Below the pieces are notes generated by a model. The model did not search any database, was not told the origin of the DNA, and saw only the letters and a program-made list of their open reading frames with translations. A stretch of 63,420 bases of DNA, the filler included, from Folioceros fuciformis (lineage: Eukaryota): assembly GCA_049999805.1 (NCBI GenBank). It is 10 parts of 10 records of this genome, joined end to end, with 100 filler letters (N's around TTAATTAATTAA, not from the genome) between each part and the next. Parts side by side here need not be neighbours in the genome. Positions count along the whole stretch, not along the records: positions 44,051 to 54,727 come from JBNGIO010000951.1; positions 54,828 to 60,987 come from JBNGIO010000952.1; 8 more parts are not named here. One strand, written 5' to 3'. Positions 49,036 to 61,087 of this stretch are shown piece after piece. Position numbers and translations under genes: made by a program. Numbering within the stretch: position 1 is the first letter of the stretch; every line of letters starts with the position of its first letter.

Positions 49036-49830
49036 ATGAGGGCTGCCACAGCCGAAGGCGATCTCGGAACCTTGACTGAGTCTCTGAAGCACTTGAATGT
49101 GTTCGAATTGCTCTCCGGCGGTGAGGACGTGGATGTGGAGATCGCCAAAGAGCTGAACAAAGCTACTGCCCCTCCTTCCGACAGCAGGAAGATGACTCGT
49201 AAAAAGAAGAATCGGCCCACACCCGAGCTCAACGAAGCGAAGCGTCCGCCATCAGCAGGCGATAAAGTTGTCTCTCTGATGCTGCCACTTGTGTGGATTG
49301 ATTTGGAAATGACAGGACTAGACCCTGACAAGGATAGAATTCTGGAAATAGCGTGCATTGTCACGGACGGCAAGCTGGAACGCATACAGGAGGGTCCGAA
49401 CCTGGTCATCAATCAGCCAGAAGGGCTCATTGCAGGCATGGGGGAGTGGTGCACGAGACAACATTCCGCCAGTGGCCTGGTGGAAGAAGTGCGTAACAGC
49501 TCCGTGACGGAGGAGGTGGCAGAACGTATGGTGCTGGAATTCGTGCGCCGGCATTGCCCTAGTAGTGGACCTCGTGCAACACTGGCAGGGAATTGCGTGT
49601 ATGTCGACCTTATCTTTCTCAAGAAGTACATGCCCACTCTAGCAGCCTGTTTCTCTCACATTTTGGTGGATGTCAGCTCTGTTCGTGCTCTTTGTGCTCG
49701 CTGGTATCCCAGAGACTCGCGCGCTGCACCAGGGAAGATGCAAAGTCACCGAGCTTTAGATGACATTAAGGAGAGCATTGCTGAGCTCCGGTACCTGTGG
49801 CAGTCCATATTCAAAGGTTCGTCTCGGTGA
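49036..49830 (+). CDS. ORN: Oligoribonuclease (DEDDh exonuclease, ORN/REXO2 family), intronless
   Basis: LVWIDLEMTGLD, ILEIACIVTDG, MGEWCTRQHSASGL, LAGNCVYVDLIFLKKYMP, VDVSS, HRALDDIKESIAEL. Confidence 0.95.
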   Translation: MRAATAEGDLGTLTESLKHLNVFELLSGGEDVDVEIAKELNKATAPPSDSRKMTRKKKNRPTPELNEAKRPPSAGDKVVSLMLPLVWIDLEMTGLDPDKDRILEIACIVTDGKLERIQEGPNLVINQPEGLIAGMGEWCTRQHSASGLVEEVRNSSVTEEVAERMVLEFVRRHCPSSGPRATLAGNCVYVDLIFLKKYMPTLAACFSHILVDVSSVRALCARWYPRDSRAAPGKMQSHRALDDIKESIAELRYLWQSIFKGSSR

Positions 49831-50509
49831 TCTTCAGGGTCCGCTCCATGCCCGACAAATTGATCAATCTGTGCAGTAGCCTTGCAATGAATCTGCACTT
49901 CTTTGAGATGCCTTGCATGTTACAACCTGATATGCAACGAAATTCCCCTCTAGAGACATACAGGGAATTGCGTTTGGCAAACTGTAGCTGTAGAAGGCGA
50001 GCGACAACTTGTTGGGATCCTCACTCCAGAATGACAAAGAGCCATCTTGGTCTCTAAAGTAGCAGAGCATGAAGTGGAGTAGCTGTGCACCATCACTATT
50101 CTGCAACATGCAGAGAATCCTGCAGACGAGAAAAAGTTCTACGTTCTCGAACACAGGATCCTCATCTTATTCAAATCAAAAGGCGTCCCCTCCCTTCTGC
50201 GTATTGCACGTTGGCAACCAGCTGGACAGTGCTGTAGTCCTCCTTTTTGAATTACTTGAAACGATTTATCACTTCCTGTCTTGGTTTGGTGTTCGGCTCC
50301 ACATTCCCCTAGACATGAGGGTAACATGATAAATGGGTGTATACTGCCCGAGCGTTGGCTACCCCATGTGAATTAGACTGGAAACACCCGGATGGAGAAG
50401 ATCGTGGATTAGTCATTTGTTGCTAGCACCAGGAAATGTATCTCAAGCTCTGGGATTCTTTTTCTTCTTTTTGTAATCTGGAGGCCGCCGCTGCTTCTAA
50501 GCAGCAAAG

Positions 50510-53500
50510 ATGCTGTTCCCACAGCTGCCTGGCAGGCGTCTCCTTGTTGCTGTTGCTGTTTTCATACTGGCAGGTGTGCCCCTGCTTTTCATCGCTACAC
50601 CGTTATTTAGCTTGAATGCTTCTGCGCCGTGCCAGTGCCTGGCAACGCCATTCGAGGAGGTGAAGGATTCCAACTCAAGTGGTAACACCTGGCGAGAGGG
50701 TGCAGCAGATTGTGAAGGTGCTGAGCTAGGAAAGTGTGCAAACGGAAGCGGCGAAGTGTCATCATCCTTCTCCTCGGAAGCCGCTTTCTTTGAAAATACT
50801 CCATGGAAGCCTGAAATCGGACGTTGGTTGTGGCGCTGTTCGACGGCGTCGCCCGTTTCCATCACCGAGGTTTGCACGTGGCACATTCTTGTAAATTCAA
50901 GTTCTTATGAAAACTGTCCAGTCAGGAGTCGTGTGATTGTCCAGGTCCTCTCTTCCAAGGCCTGTCCGCAAGACTGCAGTGGCAGAGGAGTGTGCAACCA
51001 TGAGCTTGGAGAGTGTAGATGCCTCCACGGTTATGAAGGTTTGTCCGTAGGCCCTGCCTCTGTCCGGGCATCCTAGTCGGTTTCAAATTTGGATCATTCT
51101 CATCTAAGTTGAAATCTTCTTAGCACCTATGTGGCATCCAGCCCAGAATCTGCTTGTAAAAGTCTGAAATTTGCTTTCGTAGGAGAGGCATGCGAGACAG
51201 AACGTGTTTTCGAGTGCAACGATCCTAGCACTGTATCGGAAGCTGTGCCCTATGGACGCTGGCTAGTTTCCATGTGCGGTGGTTACTGTGATAAAAAGCT
51301 GAGTTTCTGCTTCTGTGGAGAGGGCACCAGCTATCCCGAGCGTCCTCTTGCCGAGTCTTGTGGTTTTGTCCAACAGTGAGCATCTTTTGTCATGCGATTG
51401 TTGCCTTCCTCACAAGTTTTTAGTGTTGGTTCATGCTCGTAATATGCTTCTTACGTATGATTCGGTTGCAGTCTCCCGGAAGTCGATTGGACAAAAGCAG
51501 ATGCAAATGTTTTCTCCAACGACAGTGATCATTTAGGCTGGTGTAACATTAGCCCTGAAGATGGATACTCGGGAAAATATGAAGTCAAGCCCTACTGTGA
51601 TTGCAAGTACGATTGCACCGATGGTCTATTTTGTGAGAAGGTCATTGAGTGCAGCTGCATCAACCAGTGTTCAGGCCATGGAGTTTGCAAACATGGATTT
51701 TGTAAGGCAAGTCAGTTATCCTCAAACTTCTGATGTGGGAAACGGATGTTATCTTTTTACCCCTTTGCTGGTCTGAGCCGTAAGTGGTCTGCAAGCTTAT
51801 GGGGATCGTGGGTATTTGCAGTGTGCTGATGGATGGTATGGAATAGACTGTAGCCTTCCTTCCGCTAAAGGCTGGCCCAGCTGGCTGCCGTCTAAAATAT
51901 TGAGTTCATCTTCTCAAACCAGTCCAAAGGACGTTGTAGTAAGCCTGGAAGTTGAAAAGGTCCGGCCTCTTATCTACGTTTATGACTTGCCAGCCGAGTT
52001 TAATGCTCATATGTTGCAGGTAACTACTCTCTTGCAATTTCAACCTTGTTCTCTTGTTTTGGGGAATCTTTTTAATCAAGAGCTATTCCGCATGCTCTGC
52101 CTGTGAACAAAGCAATACTGATTACCCGTCTATCGTGGTTGCAGGGACGCCACTATAGGTATGAATGTGTCAATCGCATTTACGGATCCATTAATGAAAC
52201 TTTGTGGACTAGTCAGCTATATGGTGCTGAGGTCTGTCCCTGAGCCAGTTGGTTTTCTGGCTGAAGCAAATAGCGTAAAAAAATGGTTGTAGATTTGTGG
52301 CTGGGGAGCTTTTCCTCTCTTTCCAGTTTCAGCAGCAGCGCAGGGTCTTGACAAATTGATGTTGGCAGATTGCTCTGTATGAAAGTTTGTTGGCAAGCCC
52401 TCACCGAACTATGAATGGAGATGAGGCGGACTTCTTCTATGTACCAGTCCTTGGTGCTTGTGCTATCACTCGTGCAGATGATGCCCCACATTATAATATG
52501 CAGGTGAAGATTCTCGTGCTCGTTTCTGCGTCCCTTGACAAGCAATATCTAGCAAATGCATGCTGACAAAGGTATGCCTGGGCTTGGTAGGGTACTTGTC
52601 TGCCATTGGCGCTGCTGTACCTTAACTCTTGAAAGGTTCAGAAGAGCGGGTTGCTGTCTTGATTTGGCATATACGTCTACGTGGTGTGTCCAATAACCTG
52701 GTCAACTTGCTGGTTGATTATAGGTAGGTCACTTAGGCCTGCGTGGCTACTTCTCTGGTGACTTTTACAAGCGAGCATATCAGCATATCAGAGAGCAGTA
52801 CCCTTTCTGGAACCGGACTGATGGTCGTGATCATATGTGGGTATGTTGCTTTGCTCAAAGATTCTTTTGCAGTCCTCTTGATACACAGTCAACTGCTCAC
52901 GTGATGTTTGTGGCAACCCGCAACCCTTGTAGTTTTTCTCATGGGATGAAGGAGCCTGCTCTGCCCCAAAAGACATTTGGAATAGCATGATGCTCGTACA
53001 TTGGGGTAATACCATGGAGAAATATAATCATTCAACAACACAATACCTGGCAGACAATTGGGATTCCATTCCCTCGTCATGGAGGGGGAATCACCCTTGC
53101 TACGACCCTAAGAAGGATCTTGTTCTTCCTGCGTGGAAGGCTCCAGAACCTCAGAACATCATGACAAAGCTGTGGGCCAGGTATTACACTCATGCCTGGT
53201 GCCACAGGATGTTGTTATCTGGATTCTCATCATCATATCGTCCAGTCTTGTAATGCAGGCCGCTAGAGGACAGGCACATTCTGTTCTATTTCAATGGGAA
53301 CTTGGGTCCAGCATTTGGTGGACGGCCTGAAGACCGGTACGTCTAACTTTTTCCCATGTTTCGTAGCAGAATCACAGTAAATCCAGCTATATCAATTGAA
53401 AGTGATCGTGTAGCGTGTGATTGCAGGTATAGCATGGGCATCCGCCAGAAGCTGGCTGAGGAGTTTGCCTCAGAACCAAACAAGAAAGGAGATCTAGGAC

Positions 53501-54342
53501 GACAAACTAGCCCAGACGTGGTGGTACTGGCCACCAGAGTCGGTCATTACAGTTCAGATCTATCCCACTCACGTTTCTGTGGAGTTTTGCCTGGTGATGG
53601 CTGGAGTGGCCGCATGGAGGACAGTGTTCTGAGAGGTTGTATTCCTGTGATCATACAGGTGGGTCGAGGGCCTTCTCAAGGTTTTGCAGATGTTATATTG
53701 CTTTGCCTCTCACACCCGGCGTTTTTTTATTGGTGTGAAGGACGGAATCCACCTGCCTTACGAAAACATTCTGGACTACACAAAGTTTGCGGTCCGCATT
53801 GCTGAAGACGACATCCCGAAAATGGTGTCTATCTTACGGGTGCTTGCATTCACCTTAAAGCCTCTCACGATGGGAAATGGGAGTTCCATGAACTTCAAAC
53901 AAGATTAGTTTGTGCTATGGTGATATACACATGGTGAGAAGCCGGTGGTTGTTGGCAAATGCAGGCCGTGAGCGAAAGAGAGGTAAGGGCGAAGTTAAGG
54001 GCAGTGCAAGGCCTGTGGCAGCGATTCATCTGGAGCTACGCCGTCAAACTGGAGGCAGAGCGACAACTGTCGTCAGTTCACGACAAGGAAGCAGAGCCGG
54101 AGTGGTCAAGTGCATACAGGGAACTTACCGGACACGATGCGTATGCGACTCTATTACAGGTGCGACAGTCGTTCCTTGTTGAGCAGCAGTGTCGCAGTTT
54201 TCCTCTCCTGTCCAGCTTGCTGAATCTAGGATGGGTCGACTGTTTGTCACAGGTTCTCCACTACAAGTTGCACCATGACGAGTGGCGCGCGGCAGATATG
54301 AAAAAACAGTTTGGCGTGCCAGACCGTTGCAAAAGGCATTGA
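50510..54342 (+). CDS. GT47/exostosin-family glycosyltransferase with N-terminal membrane anchor and EGF-like repeats (At3g57630-like)
   Basis: Type II TM segment, CPQDCSGRGVCNHELGECRCLHG, CINQCSGHG, RPLIYVYDLP, EADFFYVP, YPFWNR.DGRDH, FFSWDEGAC, DLVLPAWK, YSMGIRQKLAEEF, GDGWSGRMEDSVLRGCIPVIIQ, LHYKLHHDEWR. Confidence 0.93.
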
Positions 54343-54727
54343 TGAGGCACGCTTTTGGGTGCCCTGTCTTGTCCGCCGAGATGCACCAAGGTCAAGGTTG
54401 CTATCATCTACACTTGCAACTCTGGCTTATTAAGCTCTACTCACACAACACAACATTGTTCACCCCCGAGCTTGAATTGTAGTTCAAACACAATGCTCTT
54501 TTCTTTATTCAAATGCTTACCACGCCCTCGATTCTACAGGAGCGTGAGGCGCATGCCAAGCCACCCAAATTGGATTTATAGTTTCATGACTATCACACAG
54601 GTCCTGATGTGCCGTGCTAGTCCATCATTGAAAGTTTTTACTTGCCAGTCATCATTGAAAACTCTTCTTTTTATCATCTCAAGTTTAACAAATCAAGTGG
54701 AAATCGTGTTAGAAGGCAATTAATACT

Positions 54728-54827
54728 NNNNNNNNNNNNNNNNNNNNNNNNNNNNNNNNNNNNNNNNNNNNTTAATTAATTAANNNNNNNNNNNNNNNNN
54801 NNNNNNNNNNNNNNNNNNNNNNNNNNN
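54728..54827. other. Artificial contig linker
   Basis: N44-TTAATTAATTAA-N44. Confidence 0.98.
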
Positions 54828-55159
54828 GAGACGCAGGCCCCCCAAAGGGTTGGAGATTGTGACGCAGGCTCCCCAGGTACTTGATTTCCTGTCAGATCCA
54901 GGTGCGAACCTTTCTCGAATGAGGGAAATTCGTTTGAAGATCGTAAATGTAATATAGATTGCCGTGCACAGTCCGATTGGTGTTCCTCTATTTTGCACAC
55001 GCGCTGTTGTCTAGATGAGGAGAAAATGATGCACTTCGCCTGAAAAATGTCAAACACATTTTGAGAGACTTGAACTTCAGCAAGTGAGGAAAATTCGTTT
55101 CCTCTCAAAAAATTTTGTACAGGTTGCTGGGTCCTACAACCGTTAGAAGGCAGGGCGAA

Positions 55160-58100
55160 CTACATCTCCTGGTTCTCTTGGCTGTGAATATGTCCAACCG
55201 CGCCGTTTGTCGGGGTGCCATTACCATGCCTCTCTCCTGCTCCAAACAAACTCTGAATAATGTTGATCAGGTGCTTTATTTGGAATGGCTTGCAAGCATA
55301 GGCATCCATACCAGCTTCAAAGCACTTGTCCTTGTACCCTTGAATAGCATGGGCCGTGAGGCCAATTATAGGCATACGCACGCAGCCAGCGGCACTCTCT
55401 GCGTCTCGGATCATTCTCGTTGCTTGCAGGCCGTCAAGCACAGGCATCTGCCAACTTAAGCAGTCAGCTCTTCGTGCGAATGAAGCCCATCTGCATTCAG
55501 TGTTTCATCCACTGCCTAACCGCATCAACAAACTGAATCGAGGGGAAAAGAAACATACCTGGACGTCCATGAGTATCAAACTGTAGTCTGTCCTTCGTGT
55601 GTTCCAAACGTTAAGGCACTGTTGCCCATCAGCGACAACATCCACGATGATCCCAAACTTCTTCAACTGCTGACATGCAACTCTTTGGTTAACCAGATTG
55701 TCTTCAGCAAGAAGGACTTTCATACCCTTGAGCAGGCCTTGAGAGTCTAATTCCTCAGGCGTTTGACTCTGATGTTGCTTGAACCTGCGAGCAACTGGAG
55801 AGCCCTTTACCCCTGCCTCTGTTTGGCATTCTTTGACAACTTCGCATTCCTTGCTGGAAGAATCTCCATAGGCGTCCGGCGGCTGAGTACCCAAGACATG
55901 GTCCTGTCCTTTTCCTTCAGGTTCACTCCCCTTGTAATGTTCCTGAGCTGGTTGACTTTCAAAAGTCACTTTAGTCCTGCCTTCCGGTGGGGATATTGCC
56001 TCCACAGGAACAACTGATGCAGTGTGCGGTGACCCTGCAACTTCTTTCACAATAAGTTCCAGAGGAGGATATCCTTCTTCACAAGGGGGCAGCTCGATGG
56101 CTTCAACAAGCTCACTTTGCTCTCGTTCAAACAAATGGCCTTCCCCCTTCTCAAATCTAGCAAGAAAATGAAAGGTGCTACCCTCCCCTGGTTCACTTTC
56201 CAGCCAAATTCGTCCCCCCATCATGTCCACCAACCTGTGAGGGAAGGGCATTAGGATAAAGGATTTCCCATCTCAGTGGCGAGGTCGATACAACCTGACA
56301 TAACATAACTGTAGCAAACAGACAGAGACACGTACCTTTCCACAATGCTGAGGCCCAAACCAGTTCCCCCATACAGGCGTGTCGTTGAGCTGTCTGCCTG
56401 AGAAAATGCTTTGAATACGTCCTTCTGTTTCTCTTTACTTATGCCAATTCCAGTGTCTTTGACAGAGAATAGTAGGCATATCTTCTCTTCACCTTCAGAT
56501 ATCTCAACCGATTCCCTCTCTGGTCTATGAAAATCAAAGTTTGTCCCCAAACTCTTCGAACGATGAGAAGCCCTCCTACTGCCCCTGGGTTCATCTCTGT
56601 CGGGAGTCATGAAGGGGCTGCAACTCCAGATATCCTTCGTTATGGACCTGTCTGATCTCTTCTTCTCAAGCGAAACACCTCCTGGAGGTCTATCTGACGA
56701 GCCGCTGACTGGCAGGATTCCCCCACTAAAAGGAACAGGCCCACTCAAAGGAACAGGCCCGCTGTAGAGGACAGACCCGCTGTAAGGGACATTTATTTTC
56801 TTTACGGCGTCATCTCTGGCCTCCTCAACATACACGTTAACTGATAAATAGACCGATCCCTGCTGAGTGAACTTTATAGCATTCCCCACTGCCAACAGTT
56901 CCGAGCTGTGAGAAGCTGAATTTTGTTGAAAAATACTGAAGTAGGGAATTGGAGGAAAAGGTCATACAATGAATCCATACTCAGTCCTACTTCGATACAA
57001 AACGACACAAAACGAAGAGGACCTGCAGGAGGTGATACCTAGGTTCAGGATGCACTGCTGCAGTCTTGCGGCATCTCCTATGAGATGATCTGGAACATCG
57101 GGGGAAATGTTCCAGGACAGATCCAACCTCTTTTGATTTGCTCTTACCTGAGAAAGTCAGCATGTTGCTCATGGTATGGTCCCGGAACCGAAGGAAGTCG
57201 TGGCAAAGAAATGCGTGGAGCCACGAGAGCTGAAGAGGAGAATGGAGAAAGCTGATGAGCTCACCTTCAACATCTTCATGGTAGAATCTATTGTCTCTGA
57301 AATGCTGAAGGAGACCCGCTCAAGCTCAAGGCGTCCAGCTTCGATTTTGGCGAGGTCAAGAATAGCATTAACAATGTTCAGGAGACAATCTGCCGACTGT
57401 GACACGGTCTCAAGGTGTTCACGTTGCTCTGAAGTGAGCTCTGTGTCCAATGCCAATGAGGCCATACCGATAATACCGTGAATCGGGGTCCTGCAAGAGA
57501 AAGTTCAGTGCTTGTCAAAACACATATCAACGCGCCGAAAAACATTGCGGCACCTACTGGCAGCAATGGTTACCGAATTTCATGGCTCATATTAGCCAAG
57601 AATTCTGACTTTGCCCGACTAGCTTCCTCTGCAGCAGCCTGGGATCGCTGCAGCTCAAGATTGGCACTTTCTAGCTCCTTTGTCCGAGCCCTTACCTGCA
57701 CTTATGAGGGAGAGAAGGAGGCGCATCAGAGAGAACTCAAAATTGAAGACTGGACATATTTTCGGAAATCACGTCTTCGGGCTGAAGAAGAATTGAGTAC
57801 CTGCTCCTCAAGAGTAAAGTTCATTTCATTGAGCTCCTGTTCCATGTTCATCCGATCATGTACGATTGCTCCAAGTGTCATCGCAACCATAGCTAGGACA
57901 CAGATGAAAAGCTGAACCTGGTGACATGACAGAAGTTCACAGAGGATGAGCTATGTTGTTAAAGTTCGTCCTTTGACATCCAGCGCCCTTAGGACAAAGC
58001 TGTCAACAGAAGCAGCTCAAATAATTGATAGCGTGTTCCTCAATGATTTGAGGCCAGCACCTGCAGCAGAGAGTGACTGTCGTTCGGACGATACAAGGGA

Positions 58101-59700
58101 CCCTTGTGTTTTGCAGTTCCTGCACTGGAAATGATGGCCACTATCAACACCGATAACGGTAGACCCGACCTGTTGGAGCGGAAGGCTCCCCAGATGACAA
58201 CTGGGAACAACAAATACGTGAGGCGTTGGATGAAGTGACTGTCTTTGACCCCCAGATTGAAGAAGATGATAAGCGACAATATCGTTGTGAAGCTACACAA
58301 CAAGAGAAACTCTCCAGCCTTGGAGACGAGGTGCTTGATCAGGTACCAGTCCAGACCCCGTGCCATATCCAGATTGGTAGGCACTGGATCCATGATACCC
58401 ACGTCCACGGCGACATGGGCTTGTCCCTTGCCAAGAGCTGTCCTTTCTGGTGGCACCTCCTTGGGAAGGGTGACCAGAGGACTTTCCGGGTAGAGGTCCA
58501 CTAGCGGGCTCCCTTGGGACATGTCAAACAAAGGACTCCCTTGGTACGAGAGGAACCTGTCGGACTGACTGGAAGGCTCCTGGGTGGGTCTCACCTTCCT
58601 GTAACAGAAGAGGCTGGAGAGGCCACTCCCACAGCGAGTTCTGATGGGAGGTTCTTGCATGGGAGTCTGAGTTAAGCGACATTCGGAATTCACTACACTC
58701 TCATCCACCGAAGGACGTGCCGGGAAGTCCAAAGGAGAAGAGCTCCCAGGCTCCCATCTGCTCCTAGGAAACCTGTCCACTGAAGGGGGGGCAAAAATCA
58801 TGGGAGAAGCGCTTCCCATGCCCCACCTGCTAGCGTGCAACCTTTCCTGACTCGACCCCTCCCCATCTTCCAGAGGCCCGAGCGGTTGTTTCCCATTCCC
58901 GGCATCTACCTCAAGGAAGGCTTCAGGAACCAGACCGCACTTGTCACAATGCTCCTCGTGGTACCTGATGAAGGCCGTGCTGGACTTACGGGCGAAGGCT
59001 CGGAAACCATAGGGCTCGAACAGGAGGTTGTAGAAGTGCAGAATGCAGGGAGTGAAGCACAGAAACGCTGCCAAGTCTGCCAATACCCATGTGGGCCACA
59101 CGTCTACGAAGCTGCTCCAGGGAAAAAAGGAGAGAGAAGAGAGCAGAACAGCGCTAAGCGATCCGAACACAAGGACCACGAAGGTGACGACAACGAAAAA
59201 CCACAATGCATCCCGCAAGGTGTCGATAGTGAGAGAGCCCCGTCTGTTTTCCTGCACCCACAAGGCCGCCGGATCTCCCAGGTCAGCAGGTGAAGCCGAT
59301 CACGGAGGACGGAGGCAGGCAAGGAGACAGCAACGCCAAGAGACGTTACCTGAGCACTGAAGCACATCCGTCCGTGTCTCATCTCAGGAGGGTGGTTCAA
59401 AAACCACGCCACGAGCAGCACCTCCAGAGTGGCGAAAAACGCACTCACAAGGGACGACGGTACAGCAGTCTTCCGCGGAAGGTGATGAAATCTGAGCAGG
59501 TCGACGGCCAGCGTGCCCAGAAACACCCCAGGCCAGAGCTTGTAGCCAGAGAGAAGCACAAAGGCGCCCATGATCCCCGACGGCGCCCATAACGGAACCG
59601 CCTGGCTCTTGGCGATGTTCACAGCGTCGGACAACTTCCCCGTGGCCACCACCAGCCCTACGGAAACGAGGTTGAGCAGCAGCACCTTGCACGTCTTCAT
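55160..59700 (-). CDS. Hybrid sensor histidine kinase: MASE1 membrane sensor, HisKA, HATPase_c, receiver
   Basis: MASE1-like PLWAPSGI...[39 protein letters not shown]-box [17 protein letters not shown]-box GNAIKFT, G-boxes DTGIGI and [10 protein letters not shown]. Receiver [27 protein letters not shown]. Spliceosomal introns present. A possible short upstream exon from ATG 59839 would join via a 58-nt intron. Confidence 0.92.
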
Positions 59701-60987
59701 GTTAAGGCGGGTGCAGGCGCCTGTGGCGGCAGGCGCAAGGGCAGGGGCAGGCGCAGCTCGTCCCTACGGGTGCATCAGCAGCAAGGAGAGTCAACACCAC
59801 CCCCGCCACCATAGCTCTCACCTGTCTCCTCCTCCCCATACCGCTCCCATCGGAGAGCTCAATCTCGCCTCTGCCTTTGCCACTCCCAGTGCTCACGTCC
59901 ACGCCGAACCCAACTCTCGTCCCTGACCCAAGAGATGAAAGCCGCACAATCCATCATCCCCACCTTCCATATCCACAGGATGCACACCTCCACCACCACC
60001 ACCACCACGGGCAGAAGGCAGGTTGGACACGAGGCCGAGCTGCATTGCGATCACATTGCTCTGACCTCAAACACAAATTCTCCAATCCCCGGCTCGGCAC
60101 CGGCATCCCCGAGGAATCCCCCCACTCCCGCTCCAGGTGGAGTGCAAGGATTAAGAGCAGAGGGGTGGCAGGCCACACGGCATTCACAAAAGGTGGAGGC
60201 GGGCGCACACTTGATATAGTACCAGCAAAACGCCCAAAATTGTAGCGAACATGGTATGGTAGGCCCTGATGAGCCCCGAGCCCCGGGCCCCGGGCCCCGA
60301 GCTCCCTGCTCCAGCCTCCCGGCGGCTTGCCTCTTCCAGCAACACGGAATCCTGGAATCCAATCCCAGCAACAAAAAGTTGGGCGGTCCGCGGTCCGCGG
60401 GCCCCCGTCCCCATTATTGCCAACCGCAGCCCGCTGCGGGCGACCGGTAGCCGCGGCCCATGTGGGCCCCGCCCTGCAAGCAGAAGCGCCGACGGCCTGC
60501 CAGGGCCAGTTGCCCGCAGCATGGATGGGGCCTATGGCTGGCCCTTGCGCGGCGGCACAAAAATCTGACCTGCCTGCCGCCAGTTGCCATATACATTCGC
60601 GTGTGGAACTGGCTTTTTACTGGAACGGGCTGGCCAAGTGGGAAACGATTCGGGCCATGGGCCCCGCCCCGCCCCGGCCTCGATGCCGTTGCCCTGCCCT
60701 CGCCTGCTGCCCCTTTTTCCCGCCTCGCCCTCGCGGCGTCGCTTTGGACTGCGTTCCTGTTTAGCTTCTTTGTGTCAGAGCTCCGACCTCCCTGACCCGG
60801 GTGGTCGACGCGAGCGCGAGCGCAAGCTCCTGGGGCTCGAGACGCGACTCGCTCGCCACCCGATTCGTCCCGGTCGTGAATCGTGCGAGGTGCTGTGATT
60901 CGCGAATCGTGATGGCCCGCCGAATCCAGCATTCCATCTCTGGAGTTTGGAGGCGGGCGCTGGTGAGAGTGATGAGTGCTGCTAGGG

Positions 60988-61087
60988 NNNNNNNNNNNNN
61001 NNNNNNNNNNNNNNNNNNNNNNNNNNNNNNNTTAATTAATTAANNNNNNNNNNNNNNNNNNNNNNNNNNNNNNNNNNNNNNNNNNNN
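60988..61087. other. Artificial contig linker
   Basis: N44-TTAATTAATTAA-N44. Confidence 0.98.

Noticed and set aside
38706-59700. PDE, oligoribonuclease and MASE1 kinase as a clustered cyclic-(di)nucleotide signalling system
   Set aside because: The three genes lie on different contigs separated by artificial linkers, so their co-occurrence is not evidence of linkage.
49036-59700. Bacterial contamination or recent horizontal transfer for ORN and the histidine kinase
   Set aside because: The kinase has spliceosomal introns. ORN has a plant-like N-terminal extension and sits between spliced plant genes on the same contig.
59702-59947. uORF ending 1 nt before the histidine kinase ATG
   Set aside because: It is equally explained by a 58-nt intron (59764-59821) joining MGRRRQ in frame to the kinase. 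This cannot be resolved without transcripts.
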